Assembly (NCBI RefSeq): GCF_009914755.1
Contig: NC_060927.1
Length of the DNA: 64,000 nucleotides
Origin: the human T2T-CHM13v2.0 reference genome, Homo sapiens
Strand: one strand, 5' to 3'
The translations under genes were made by a program, and so were the position numbers. The notes below the pieces were generated by a model. That model did no database searches. It saw only the letters and a program-made list of their open reading frames with translations, and was not told where the DNA came from. How positions within the stretch are numbered: the stretch's first letter is position 1; the number at the start of each line of letters is the position of its first letter. Positions 1 to 13,987 of the stretch are shown piece by piece.

Positions 1-727
1 AAAAACAATCTTGGAAGATAAAATTGGTGATTAAAAAAATGTCTGGAAGGAAACACAGGAAATTATCAGAGCATTTATCTCTGGAAAGGGCAGGCTAGGT
101 GGGTCGAGGTCACTAGACTTATGTATACTGTATTATCTTCCATGCTGTTTAACCATTTTACAACTGGCATGAATCTGTTTTCAAGTTTAAAGAACTGGTT
201 ATCAAAATAAGTTTAAATTATGATTTGCATAGATAATATGTGGGGTAACATGGTTGTAAATTATAAGACATCTGCCAACACTGATTTCCCTTATAGACAA
301 AAGAGCAGTTACTTGAGACTGTGATTTGGAGGTTTCTAATATTGTTCCTGAATGAGAGTATAGCTACCATTGCCAGTGGTGATGCAGAGAAAATGTGATT
401 GGCATTCAGTAGATAGCAGGTGACCCTAGAGACTGCTGCATATAATACAACCCTGGGTTTCTAAATGAAGGTTGGGTAGGGAGATTCCCTGTAGCTCATT
501 ACTTCTGAGAATGCATTCCTAAATTGTTGAACGATTCACTCTAAAGCCTGGATTGCATTTGCTCTATTCGACAAGGACTTTCACATTATATAGAGTAACT
601 GGATTAACTATGAGTTCATTGTGAGTCACTAAGAACTATATGACATATAAATGCAAAATAGTTGAAATACATTTTAGCTCCTGATAAATAACCAATGCAT
701 CATATATGTCTGTGTCAGTTTGGAAGA

Positions 728-845
728 TTCAACATGTATTTATTTAGGGTTTCCTCAGTATCTGGCACTGTGCTGGGCACGATGACACAGTGGTGAACCT
801 GACAGAGCCTGGCCCCTCCCTCCATGGAGCATACCATTAGTTGAA
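728..845 (-). mobile_element. L2 3' fragment
   Basis: attcaaca..tatttatt..ggcactgtgctgggcac..gacacagtggtgaac pattern. Confidence 0.55.
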
Positions 846-994
846 ATGTACAGAGAATTTTAACTTTTTTACTTTACACACTTCTGTATATTTTTCATTT
901 ACAGTAAGTATTTATTTTCCTTTTATTATTTTAAAAGCAAAAAAAGAAAGATATAATTTATTAAAATACAGCAGGGTATCCATTGGGTTAAAGC

Positions 995-1262
995 CATCAG
1001 GGCCATTAACGCTTTGCAATTTCTGGCTTTAAAGAAGCCTGTTTGGTTTCACTTAAACTATTAACAGCCTGCAGAATTTGTGATCAACACATGTTAGGAA
1101 GCACTAGTGTAGAAAGATAAATAACAAGAATATGATTAAAGAAAATGGATTAATGCTGACCATATAGACAGATTAGGTAGGTAGATAGATGCATACGTAC
1201 ATAGATCGATACACAGATATAGTTAGAAATTCTATCAGTAACTGTACTTCAAATTATTAAAC
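995..1262 (+). repeat. Local direct duplication A, copy 1 (268 bp)
   Basis: Aligns without gaps to 2040-2307 (offset 1045), about 10 mismatches by eye. Confidence 0.97.
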
Positions 1263-1570
1263 TAATTTTTCAATATAAAATTAGTTTCAAAAATGCCCCT
1301 CAAAAAATTATGTGGTTAAATAAGCTTAGGAAACAGTACACATTAAATAACATATATACACCTCTCTTAGAAAACTGAAATATAATTAGATGGAAATTTT
1401 TTCTCACCAGGACTTCAAAGTGCTTCTTATTTCTACAGAAAGAAGAGGCAAAAAGAGAGAAGAGAGGCAAGGAGAGGCAGAGAAAAGAAAGGGAAAAGGA
1501 AGGGCAAAAAGAAAACACAGCATAGACTGTGTTAAAATTCCAAGGCTGCTGTCAAAAATATTGAGAACAG

Positions 1571-1672
1571 AATATATACATATATATATATATAAAATAA
1601 AGAATATATATATATAAAGCAAATAAAGAATATATATACATATAAAGCAAATAAAGAAAAAGAAGAAAAAAA
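1571..1672. repeat. AT-rich low-complexity tandem repeat
   Basis: (TA)n runs alternating with a repeated aaagcaaataaagaa unit. Confidence 0.8.
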
Positions 1673-2039
1673 GAACTGTGTGGAGTAAAAACACAAAGGA
1701 GTAGAAAAAGAATGAGAACGAATGGATTAATTAATGGGTGGAGAGATAGATGAACACAGAATGATGGATAGACTGACAGATAAGTGGGAAAAGGAGGAAG
1801 GAAAAAGGAAGATTATGGGGCAAAGAGAAGGTATTTTTTGAGTAGCTGCTTCAATGATGGATACAGAAATGTTCTGGCTTGTAATTTACTACATAAACTA
1901 TGTTTATCTCTTCAAGAATACCAGTGATTAAGATCCACATTATTCTTTAAGGTGTCTGAAATCACAGTGGTGAGTTTGGGGAATGCATTGACAGTCACAG
2001 GCAGGCTCCCAAGTAGGCCACCTCTGGGATTATTACATG

Positions 2040-2307
2040 CATCAGGGACATTAACGCTTTGCACTTTCTGGCTTTAAAGACGCCTGTTTGGTTTCACTTA
2101 AACTATTAACAGCCTGTAGAATTTGTGATCAACACATGTTAGGAAGCGCTAGTGTAGAAAGATAAATAACAAGAATATGACTAAAGAAAATGAATTAATG
2201 CTGACCATATAGACAGATTAGATAGGTAGATAGATGCATACGTACATAGATCGATACACAGATATAGATAGAAATTCTATCAGTAACTGTACTTCGAATT
2301 ATTAAAC
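2040..2307 (+). repeat. Local direct duplication A, copy 2
   Basis: See copy 1. Confidence 0.97.
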
Positions 2308-2489
2308 ATTCAACAGCCTGAAGGCAACAGCCAAACTTAATAAACATGCCTAACAGAATTAATGATTCGAGTATGTTAAAGTCACACCTAACAACCTATC
2401 CTGTAACTGTGATAACTGAAAAGCATATCTGTTATCCTCCATCATCAATTTTTTAACTATATAATCATTTTGAGATTAGTTTACATTAA

Positions 2490-2788
2490 GCTGGGTGTGG
2501 TGGCTCATGCCTGTAATCCTAGCACTTTGGGAGGCCAAGGCAGGTGGATTACTTGAGCCCAGGAGATCGAGACCAGCCTGGACAACATGGCAAAACCCTG
2601 TCTCTACAAAAGGTACAAAAAATTAGTCTGGTGTGGTGGCCCATGCCTGTAGTCCCAGCTACTCAGGAGGCTAAGGTGGGAGGATCACCTGAACCTGGGA
2701 AGGTTGAGGCTGCAATGAGCCATGATCACACCACTGCACTCCAGCCTAGGTGACAAAGTGAGACCCTGCCTCAAATTCTTTTAAAAAA
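2490..2788 (+). mobile_element. AluJ-like
   Basis: Dimeric Alu with J-type motifs (acttgagcccagga, aggctgcaatgagccatgat). Flanked by TAGTTTACATTAA on both sides. Confidence 0.92.
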
Positions 2789-2875
2789 TGACTAGTTTAC
2801 ATTAACACAATAATATTCACCTTGGTTTAATGAGTGCCCATGGCATGTTTTAATGTAATATATTTATTATACTTT

Positions 2876-3564
2876 TGCCAATTGAAGAATCACAAGGTTC
2901 ATAAATTTGGAAAGGAGAGCTTTATTTCTCATAAAGACCCATAATCTGCAGGCTGCCCATCCTGCTGGCTGGGAAGCATAGTCTCCAGTAAAAGCCAAGA
3001 ACAAGCACTTCAGGGAAGGGGCAAAGGAAATAGGAATTCACGCTGAGCAGGGTGGCCAAATATACATATTTAATAAGCTACAAGAGGAGTCATAAATATT
3101 TACGAAAGAAGAAACCATGCACATGCCTCTTCATAGGTCACATGTTCAAAAAAAATGGCAGTGTTAGCATGATCTGAGGGTGGAGTTGTCAGCCCTCTGC
3201 TGTCAAAAGGTGAAGCAGAGAACATGTACATGCTTACCGCACATCCTCTGCACAAGTCAGCCAAAACCGGCCTGGAGATGGTGGTCAGTTTTTAGGAAGG
3301 AATGCATTGCGAGGAAGTCTGGTCATGCCCTCAGATGACTGGCTAAAGGCCATAAAGAAATGAGGCATCCATGTCTTGTTTTCTAAAGCTGGTCTCTGCT
3401 TACTCTTTAGGAAAGAATCCTGGTTGAAGGTTAATAAGGAAGGCATATCTGACCTCCCATCCTGTCATGGCTGGAAACCCAGTTTTTAAGGTTTCTCTGA
3501 GGTCCCCTTGGTCAAGAAGCAGTCTGTTCAGTCGGTGGGGGCTTGGTAACATTTTTATTTCTCA
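2876..3564 (-). mobile_element. ERV1 solo LTR (MER4 group, MER39-like; subfamily uncertain)
   Basis: TG...CA termini with 4-bp TSD CTTT (2872-2875, 3565-3568). Minus-strand AATAAA near 2920. MER4-group-like terminal sequence. Confidence 0.7.
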
Positions 3565-3568
3565 CTTT

Positions 3569-4395
3569 CTTATATACTGTTGGAATGTATTTGTTAATAT
3601 TTTACCAAAGTTTTCTGTGTCTATGTTCATGAGAAATATTTCTCTATTTTTCTCACCCTGAAATGTCCTTTTCAGGTTTGGTATCAGAGACATGCTCAAA
3701 ATACAAGTTAGAGTGTTCTCTCATCCTTTCTTTTAGAGAAAAAAATTGTAAAAATAAATGCTCCTGAAGTTTTCTTGTGATTGATGACAAATTCAGTTTC
3801 TTTCATTGATTTGTGTTTATTCAAATATTCTCCTTCTTCTTGTATCAGCTATGGTAATATGTGTCTATCAAATAATTTATTCATTTTATCTAAATGGCCA
3901 AATTTACCAGCATAAAGTTATTATCTTTTTTGTGATATCTCATTTTTTATTTCTGGTATTATTCATTTGTGGGATGTTTTCCCCTCTTTTGTCTTTGAGC
4001 TGTCTTGCTAGGGTTTTATCAATTTTTTAATCTTTTCAAAGAACTAGCTTTTGGCTTTGTTGCTTTGTTGACTTTATTGATTGTCCATTTTGTAATTCAT
4101 TGATTTCTACTCTTTATTAATTACTTTTTTGTTCTTACTTTGGATTTAACTTGTTTTTCTACCTTCATAAATTGGACACTTAGAATACTGTTTTTAAACC
4201 TTTTGTCTTTTCTAATATAAGCATTTAACATTACAAATTTTCCTCTAAGAACTGTGTTGGCTGCATTCCACAAATTTTGATAGGTTGCATATTCATTTAG
4301 TTTAAAATATTTTCTAACTTCTTTTGGCCTATTCTTAAAACTGTGGTTTATTCCTAGAACAATGGGTTATTTTTAAATGTACTGCTTAATATCGT
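3569..4395 (-). mobile_element. Old L1 (L1M) ORF2 fragment
   Basis: T-rich antisense L1-like text (gtctatgttcatgagaaatatt, ttttcaaagaactagcttttgg, cctctaagaactgtgttggctgcattccacaaatttt). Confidence 0.7.
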
Positions 4396-4409
4396 AACTC
4401 ATCTACAAA

Positions 4410-4580
4410 TAGAGGTCCCAACAATGCCTCCCCTCTCCGTGTGCAAATGCTACTCACTCCTCACATCAGGAGATGAAGATTATTTCTCTTACTCTTGACT
4501 TGGCGCTTACCTTGTTAATTGGCTTGACCAACAGAATGCAACAGAAATGATGCTGTGCCAGTTCCAGGCTGAGTAGGTCT
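4410..4580 (+). mobile_element. MLT1 LTR fragment
   Basis: tgaccaacagaatg..cagaaatgatgctgtgccagttccaggc motif. Confidence 0.5.
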
Positions 4581-5536
4581 AATGTGTACTTGAGCTGGGT
4601 CTGGATTTGTTGTGGCTTTACTTAAATTCTAGTCACCAATGCCTTCAAATATTTCCATGGTGCAATCAGAAATTGTTATTTGAACACCAGCAATGCTCCA
4701 GAGGTCACTCCATGCTTTATCGCCTATCCGCTAGTTTTTAAGATGTCTGTGGAGTTCCCTTTGCTCTTCTGACTAGTGGTTGGGTGATATGGAGACAAGT
4801 AGGGGGAAGCATTGGTGGCTGGCAAAATTTAGGTAGCATCAGGATTTAGGTAGCATGAAGACCTCTCTCCACCCTACTGTCCTTCCCCTAGCCATCAGCA
4901 GCCCACTGCCTTGCAGTCAGTAAACCCGCTGTATGCCAGCGGGGTTTCTCTCCACATTCCGGACCTGCCCCCAGCCCTAACAATGATGCTTCTATAGTCC
5001 CAGTGAGCAAAAATTGGAGGGCAGGTGTGGCCTTGATCTCTGACTGAGGCTTCTTGGGGTATAACACAACAAACCAACCCACAGACATGATTAAATGTTT
5101 ATTAAAAGTTCATCTGGTCTATTCTTACCCAGTTTGAGGTAAATAGTTGCCTTCTCTACTGACCTTTTCCCCTGGGATGAGAGCAGCCATAAGTCCTTCT
5201 CTGCTAGGAAGGGCCTATCCCTTTCTAGAATTTAATTCACTGTGTTTCTTTAGCTCTTTGCTGTTAAAGTGTACTGAGTTGCTGTCATTTATATAGTTGG
5301 AGTCTTTTGCAACTTTCTACCACAAAACAGAAAGCAGAAATCCTTGTATTTAAAGATATACAAGGTCTATACCCTTTCAACAGATTAGCCAGTCATAAAT
5401 GATCTCTCAGTTTCTGCTCAAACTTCTTTCCTACTTACTAGTTTGTACAACAAGGACATCCTGGTCCAGTTCATAAACCAGTCCTCTCCAGGGCAAGTAG
5501 ATAAGTCACCAATCCCACTGCCTATCAACATTTGAT

Positions 5537-5559
5537 TATATATATATATATATATATAT
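5537..5559. repeat. (TA)n microsatellite
   Basis: Direct reading. Confidence 0.95.
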
Positions 5560-6194
5560 GAGGTTGGAAGTGGAAGCTTTAATATTTAGAGTCTGTTTAT
5601 GGGATTAGCCTGGCTAACCATTTATTAATATACCCATAGTTCTCTGCATCACAATAACCTTCCCTGTCTTCTCTGACACCTACCTAATGTGTTTCCATTC
5701 ACATTACTAATCTGTTACCTATCCAACATTTCAATGACATAGTGGTATTTGTACCATTCCCTGAGCTCCATCCTACTTGGCCAGAATCCTGATGCTACTT
5801 AAATTTTGCCAGCCACCAAGAGTCTTCCCCCTACTTGTCTCCATATCACCCAACCACCAGTAAGCACCCTGCTATTGTAAAGAACTGAAAATATAACACA
5901 TTGCTTTTAGCACTACCCATTTATATTTTGCTCCAATATTTTATACAGAACTTGTGAGGTATTTTATCACTATATCCCCCAATACAGTATGTGACACAAA
6001 GTATTCATTCAATAAATGTTGATTATTGTTTAATTGGATATATTATTGGTTAAAATTTCTATCCACATGGAAGGTAAAGCAGGGCATGGTAGACAGAGGA
6101 AGGAAGACAGCTCAGGTGTGAGTTTTACCGGCCATAATTAGTATTGCCTCCATCTATAAAATGAGTTGTCCATGTAATGGTCAACAGTTGATTC

Positions 6195-6412
6195 CCAGCC
6201 TGAACAACATAGTAAGACCCCTACACAAAAAATTTTTTAAAAATACAGGTGGTAGCACACTTGTAGTCCCAGCTACTCAGGAGACAGAGGCAGGAGAATT
6301 GCTTGAGCCTAGGAGTTCAAGGCTGCAGTGAGCTATGATCATGCCACTGCACTCCAGCCTGGGGAGCAGAGTGAGACTTTGGCTGAAAAACAAACAAACA
6401 AAAAAACCAAAA
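6195..6412 (+). mobile_element. 5'-truncated AluJ
   Basis: End of left arm, right arm, and (AAAC)n tail. Confidence 0.88.
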
Positions 6413-9400
6413 CAGTGAATTTCCCCCTCTCTGTATACTACTCTAAGTTGTGGTTCAATGATTAGATTTCTTGTTTGAATTTGAATGTAAAATTAGAATG
6501 AGGTGAGATTACTCTACATGAAAGCAATATCTTCTGTCAAGAGCTGAGCTGAGTTGAACTGAGTTGCCAGGTGATGTAGCTGTCAATTAAGACAATAATA
6601 CAAAATGAAAGTAGCAGTCAAACCTTCCATCAGTTACTGCCATAATATAAGAAAGAGGCCAAATAGGAGAAAGTGCCAGCTCCATTGCCGTTCGTTTTTT
6701 TTGCCATGGATCAGCAGTGGGGAATAGTCAGATGGAGCAGCATGGGACACAGATGTGAGGAATCATCACTGCCAAGGGAGTCTCAAACAAAAGACTCTTG
6801 CTGTTTTATGGAACCAAAGGTCTGGAGGAGGGAGAAAGGGAAGGGTCAGGAATGGAAAAGTACTGACTACTTTTCTTCTAGTGAAGACACTATAAAAAGT
6901 GTCTTCAAGGTTTCCCCGTCCCATAGATAAGGCCGTCTCGGCAGAGGCACCTGAGGAAAGTTTCTGCCAAACTTTCTCAGTAAGGAGGTCTCCAAATAGA
7001 GGCACCTAGGCTACCAATGCAGCTAAGACTAAGAGCATAGCCTGCCAGAGGGGATGAGACCTTGACTGCAACTTCCTTCAGAGAATGCAATGCACTGGCT
7101 GTGCCCCAAGTCTGGAGTGAAGAGGGCAGCTTTTCCAGTGAGGCCTGCTAGGTGAAGCCTTTGTAATTTCCTAGGGTCAACTTTGAAAAAAAAATCACAC
7201 ATAGGTTTTTGGTCAACAGCCAGACTCCTCATCACCTACCAAAGAAGGAACTAACATGAGTGGAAACCGGAAGACACCACAGGTCCACTCATTTTTACAG
7301 CCTGAGAGCTTTGGTCTCCCAAAGAGCATCTGGAAGAAATTCAGCACTTTGGAAAGTTCTAGGTAGGTCCCTCCTGATTTCTGTCTTGTCTAAAGAAACT
7401 GAGCCTGGTGGCCCATTGTACATATGCAGGAACTTACCTAGGCTAGGACAAAGTGATCAATTCTGAGACAGCTTATGAAATTATCTATGAGGTAGTGGGA
7501 AATTCAACACGGAAAACACTAGTATTGTTATGATTCTCAACAATAAATGAGAATTAAACAAAGCCTAGGGTCATCTTCATTCTATTTATCACTTAATGTT
7601 TTGTATTAAATGTATTGTATCACTAATACAATATCCATGGATATTAAATATTACAAACTCATGCACACCTTCAAAAGATGTAGTTCTTATTCTGAAACAA
7701 CTTACATTCTACAGACATGCTTAGAATGTCTATAAGGGTTAGGGAAAAGCCTTTAGAGGACGTAGCTCTGCTGGTTAATGTCAACAATAATAAAATAAAT
7801 GAATAGCATGGAGATGGAGCCTCCATTCAATGTAGTCTTACATTAAAAAAGTTTAGTTTCTTATAAAGACTCAATAGATATTACTTTGCTATTACATATA
7901 CACAGCTTTTGGACAATAGAACCTTGTTTTTTTTTGATAGATCAAAAAGTAATAGTATGGAGTGGTTTGTAATACCAGCCTTAAACAGTGATTCTGGGTA
8001 ATGTATGGAATACTTGAGACAATGAATCACATTTTAGTAGGATTTGTAATGAAAATGCCATGGAAGGATATAGTCTAAGGGTCTCTGTCATACCATGTAG
8101 CTAACAGTAGTAATTGTCAGTGATTACTTCCAGAACCAATGGTCTATAAAAGCACGACATGCAGAAAGAAGCATACAATCCTGATATTACCCTTGGTCGT
8201 AGGCTGATTTCCAACACCGTGTGCCTGGCAGAGGAAAAAGCAACTGTATAAATATTCAGATAGGAAAGAGAAAGAGAGAACTCACGTCAGTTCCTAAGCT
8301 ATTCTTTCAGGTAACTTTTTCGGAAACAAATACTTGTGCTCTACTGCCTGTTCAGATAACTAGTTTCTGCTTATAGAGAAAGGGAAAAAGCAACAACAAC
8401 AAAATGGCCTTGAAAATGCCGACCACATAAGTCAGATATGTTTGGCTTGCCTAGAAATATTTTCAAAAGGTTTTTCTTTATTTTTAACCAAAGGAACTTT
8501 TATTTTTCTGACAGTTTTATAGGCACTGTTGACTGAAAATATCATCTCCAGCCCTGGCTTACATCTGACATTCACTGGAAGCCATTTCCACTTCATTTCA
8601 TGGTCATTGACAAATGAGTGGTGTCTTTTGGATCCACTGTGCAGCAATGCTATTATCTCTAAAGATTCTTACTGAATTGGTGGGCTCTCAATAAGTCTCT
8701 AGTAGTAGTATCTCATTAGGCCAATGAAGCCATTAAACAAGATTTAGCTTAGACTGAAGAGCCAACCACATATTACAAATCCCACTTAGAATAACATTTT
8801 CAAAAAAGCATCAGTTAACCTATTCCTGAGTGCTATCCCTGCAAAAGAAGGCTTAGAGCAGGTGACTCTTTTATAACCAATATTTTGGCAAATACTGAAG
8901 TATTCAAAAATAGGCAAACAATTTCAAGAAAAAATTGTCAACTACTCAATATCAGAGAGTATTTGTTAAATAATACAAGTAAATCCTTTCTTCACCCTTC
9001 ATATCATTTAATAAGACAAGGTACTGTGGCATGGGACAGTCTTGGTAGTCATGTTGATAGTGTATACAAAAGCAATAAACATTGGCTTTTTATACAGCAT
9101 AAATATTCAGCTTAGCAATTTTAGTAATTGCATTGTTCACTCAAAGGAAAATTTCTATTGTCTCTCTGTATATGTTTGCCTTCCTTCTGTGCCATAATTC
9201 TACAGGAGAAACTCTTAGAAACAACACAAGGCTTAAGTATTGGAATCAAGAATTTTATTTTGCTCATTATTTCTCTTTTTGTTAATTCCCCAAGTATTCC
9301 GGATATTTATTTTAATGTATTTTCACCAGAACCCTTTGATGTTAGAGGGCATTCTCTCACTTCTGAGCATTTAATAATATAGTTTGATAAATATTAAAAT

Positions 9401-10467
9401 ATATTTTTATTCCAAATAAGTTTTTGGGGTGCCTTAAATATAATCAAAGTTAAAATTCCATTTTATCTTATTATGAAGCTGACATTTGCAACTTTGTTTT
9501 TCAATTTTAAAAGGCCTATCCCAAGTTCATCTATAAATTTTTAAAGTACAATCTCATGGAGCAAATGGGACATGTACATATAGTTTATTAGAATACAAAG
9601 CCAGCAAGTATTTTCAGGAAAGTCCAAAGTAGTTCTTTGTCCTAAAATAGGAAGCTCCAAAGAGGTTGAAGAGCTCAGGATGATCTTATGGAGAACATAT
9701 AATTTGAGATAGGATCTGAAAATGGATATAATTTTAGGGCAATACTCTCCAGGCATTTCATTTTTTAAATTTTGCATTGCAAAAAGATTCAAACATTCTA
9801 TGAAAATATACAAGACAGGAAAGTGGGATTCACAGGTTTTATCTGACCCTCTGCAGATTACAGTGCTCTTATTAAAACTACATACAGTTGATTCTATTTT
9901 CTATATAATAATATCATAAGGTAAAGAGAAAATGTTCACAATTACTGGGAAATGGGTACTATGGAAGAAAAAGTATTATCTGTACCCAAACATATGTGTG
10001 TCCTCTGTTGGCTGACTTGTTAGTTTTCAAGGAACATCCCACTAATCTTTTATTGATCCTATTATCCGAAAAGGAAGAACTCTCTACCTAAAAGTGCACA
10101 TTACTGAAACAAGCTCGAAATAGAAAGATCTGCATGGATGACCTCATAGAGAGGTGCAAGCTAGCCACAGGCAGAAGGGAAATATATCTTAGTAACACTG
10201 CTTCCCTTAGTTTCTGCTTCCTTATCTCACAAATCTCCAAAGTTACTGACAACAGCATTTATTTCAGCACATTTACTATGCCCTTTAAGTTACCACAACT
10301 TAGATGTACGGTAAATGATACAAACAAAAACTACATTAGAAGTATATTTCCCTCATCCTGGAATATTATATTTGTTTTAAATGGGGTCCCTAAGGAAAAA
10401 AAACAGGAATCAGATGATAGCACTTCACACCTCGTCTTCCCCATGTCTTAGCTGAATAATCTGAATA

Positions 10468-10925
10468 TATTTATTCATTCAGCACAAATATGTATTGAGT
10501 ACCAGGTACTGTTGTAGGCACTGGAGACATGGTATCAACCAAAGAAACAAGAAACTCCCTCTTGGAATTTGCATTTCAGTAAGAGAAGCAGACAGTAATC
10601 AATGTGCATACGTGAAATATATAGCACAGCAGAAGGTATTAAGTGCTACAGAGAAAGATAAACGTGGGCCAAGTGACTGAAGAGGCATGTTATTGTACAG
10701 GCAGTGCCCAGAGAAGGTCTCATTAACAGGTTTCCTGTGTGCCTAGACTGAAGAAAGGGAGCTAATGCGCTGGGGAGATTGGGGAAAGAGTGCTCTGATC
10801 AAAGTGGCAAGATCCACAACAGCAGCCTCTTGGTGTGTTCATGGAGCAGCAAGGGGGAGGCATGGCCAGAGTTTGGTGAGAGTGGAAGGACAGGCTGGTA
10901 GGAGATGAGGTCGGAGAGGAGGAAA
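10468..10925 (-). mobile_element. L2 fragment
   Basis: ttcattcagcacaaatatgtattgagtacc..taggcactggagac, followed by the typical purine-rich L2 antisense body. Confidence 0.65.
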
Positions 10926-10985
10926 CAGACATCATCTCCCACTTACATTTTTATTTTGTTCTAAATCATATACAATATCACTTGT

Positions 10986-11072
10986 GCTATATTCTTTCAG
11001 ACCCTTTCTACTTCTTTCATTGTTCTCTTTCCTGAGTACAAAGTTTAATTAATCTGCAGTGAATATAAAAGG
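10986..11072 (+). repeat. Local duplication B, donor copy (87 bp)
   Basis: Matches 11817-11903 with 3 mismatches (offset 831). Confidence 0.96.
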
Positions 11073-11816
11073 GTTTGAACTCATCCAGTGTGGGGGTGGA
11101 ATTGGTGATGAAGTGTAGGGAATGCACAGATTTGTTCCATCTCTGCTAAAGCTTCAGGCTCTGGGCTGCTACCTTTACAGCAGCCCCTTTCAGATCTTTG
11201 CCTCCTAGACCCTCCTGCACCACACCCTCCTGACCTGGTCATCCTCATGGTTTTGCAATCCAAGAACAACAGGTCCTTCAATATGTGGTGATCTTGTTTG
11301 GACCCAGCCAGACTAACCAACAACGGGATTGAAAAAGAAAATTTAGGTCTTGGATGGTATAAATAAAGAGGATTGGCAACAGCAAAATGAAAAAGAAATT
11401 CAAAGACCTCATGCGGATGATGATCCTGCTTTCTGCAAAACAACCACTAGCTACAAATAATCAGAATTCTGCTCTTCTCTTCCTTACTCAGGTAGAGCTC
11501 TATTCCATCCACTTTTAGCCAGGCAGCCAGTAGGAATAATGAAGGCAGCAGTTAGAAAATCACCTGTCCTAAGTGCCACAAATTCTCTATGTAAAGGAGA
11601 GATAGGAGATCTATAAATAATCTTAATATGAATAGAAATGCAAATTGTATTTGTTTTTTATCATCATATTTGTGTTAGACACAGCAACCTATATGAAGAT
11701 TGGTCAAACAGCTTCAAATGTGTTTATACAAATGCTTGAGTTAGAAGTGGAAAAAAATTCCTATATGAAACCATTTATAAAAAATAAATTATAGGGATTT
11801 ATATCAGGTATGCAAG

Positions 11817-11903
11817 GCTATATTCTTTCAGACCCTTTCTACCTTTTTCATTGTTCTCCTTCCTGAGTACAAAGTTTAATTAATCTGCAGTGAATATAAA
11901 AGG
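11817..11903 (+). repeat. Local duplication B, copy inserted in L1
   Basis: Interrupts L1 ORF2 text. AGGTATGCAAGGC is repeated at 11806-11818 and 11901-11913. Confidence 0.95.
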
Positions 11904-13817
11904 TATGCAAGGCAGATTCAAAACTCGAAAATCAATTAATGTAATCTATCACATCAGTAGCCTAAAAAACAAAAATCACATGATTTTATCAAGAGATACA
12001 GAAAAAGCATTTGACAAAATCCAACATCCATTCATAACTAAAACATGCCAGTAAACTAAGAACGAAGGGGAACTTCCACTACTTGATTTAAAAAATCTAC
12101 AAGCAACCTACGCATGACATCATACTTAATGGTGAAAAACTCGAAGCTTTCCCACTAAGATCAGGACCAAGACAAGGATGTCCCTTCTCATCATTCCTTT
12201 TCAACATTGTACTAGAAGTTCTAGTTAATACAATAAGTCATGAAAAGGAAACAAAATGTATACATATGGAGATGGAAGAAATAAAACCATCTTTGTTATC
12301 AGATAATATGATTCTTTATGTAGAAAATCCAAAATAATCCACAAAAACTTTGGAACTAATAAGTGATTATAGCAAGATTGCAGATACAAGGTTAAGATAC
12401 AAAAGTCAATCACTTTCATATATACCAGACATAAACAATTGGAGTTGAAATTAAAATCACAATATTATTTACATTACCACCCAAATAAGTAAAATACTTA
12501 GTTCTAAATCTAAGAAAATCTAAGAAAACCAGAGCTACATAAGAAAAACTACAAAACTCTGATGAACAAAATAAAGAAGAACTAAAGAAATGAAGAGATA
12601 GTCCATATTCGTGGCTAGAAAGACTCAATATTGTCATTATATCAGTTTTTCCCAACTTGATCTATAGATTCAACACAATCCCAAACAAAATCCCACCAAG
12701 TTATTTTGTAGATAACAACAAACTGATTCTAGGATTTATATGGAGAGGTAAAAGACCTGGAAGAGCCAACACAATATCGAAGGAAAAGAACGAAGTTGGA
12801 GAACTGACACTACCTGACTTCAAGACTTACTATCAAGCTACAGTAATCAAAACAGTGTGGTATTAGTAAAAGAATAGACAAATAGACCAATTAAAGGGAA
12901 TAGAGAACCCAGAAATAGACCCACATAAATATAGTCAACTGATCTTTGACAGAGGAGCAAAGGCAATGCAATGGAGCAAAGACAGTCTTTTCAACAAGTG
13001 GTACAGGAAAAATTGGACATCCCTTGTAAAAAAATAATAAATCTAGATGCAGATCTTACACCCTTCATGAAAATTAACTTAAAATGGATCATGGTACTAG
13101 GTAAAGTGCAAAACTAAAAACTTCTAGAGGATAACATAAAAGAAAATCTAGATGACCTTAGGTATGGCAATGACTTTTTAACTATGTCGAACACCAAAGT
13201 CATCATTAATGAAAGAAATAACTGATAGCTGTACTTCATTAAAATTAAAAACTTCTGCTCTGCAAAATATAATATCAAAAGACTTAGAAGAAAAGCCACA
13301 GTGTGGTAGAAAATATTTGCAAAAGATACATCTAATAAAGTGCTGTTGTCCAAAAAATCCAAAGAACACTTAATACTCAACAATAAGAAAATAAACACCC
13401 CAATTAAAAAATAGGCCAAAGGCATTGGCATTCACCTCACCAAAAAGCATATACAGATGGCAAATAAGCATATGAAAAATATGTTCCACATCATATGTCA
13501 TCAGAGGAATGCAAATTAAAACAATGAGATACAACTACAAATCTATTAAAATGACCAAAATCTAGAATATTAACACCACCAAATGCTGGCAAGGATGTGG
13601 AACAACAGGAACTCTCATTCATTGTTGGTGGAAGTGTGAAATGGTACAACCACTTTGGAAAAGAATTTGGCAGTTTCTTACAAAACCAAACATACTCTTA
13701 CCATAAGATTCAGCAATCAGTCATGTACCTTCATAGTTACTCAAAGGAGTTGAAAACACGTCGACACAAAAATCTACACCTGGATGATTGTAGTAACAAT
13801 ATATAATTTTCAAAACT

Positions 13818-13987
13818 TTCAGCATTGGCAAGGTTGTGAAGAAATGAGCACTCATTTCAGGAAATCCAAATTGTACGAAGCTTTTGAAGGATAATTTCAT
13901 AAGCAGCTATTAAAATATAAAATATGCATTTTCCTTGACCCAGCAACTGAATTTCTGGCAATCTATTTTAATCTAAGGTGATTAGTA
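13818..13987 (+). repeat. Local duplication C, copy inserted in the L1MC
   Basis: Matches 14990-15158 (offset ~1172) with about 8 substitutions and 1 indel. Interrupts the L1 motif caaaact...aaccaagatgtcc. Confidence 0.95.

Noticed and set aside
1300-1694. Overlapping hydrophobic or basic ORFs
   Set aside because: They arise from purine-rich and (TA)n low-complexity sequence.
8190-8370. Two possible minus-strand mini-exons (donors GTAATA at ~8189 and GTGAGT at ~8285)
   Set aside because: The implied intron is only about 60 nt and the upstream piece has stops in the frames tested. There is no supporting homology.
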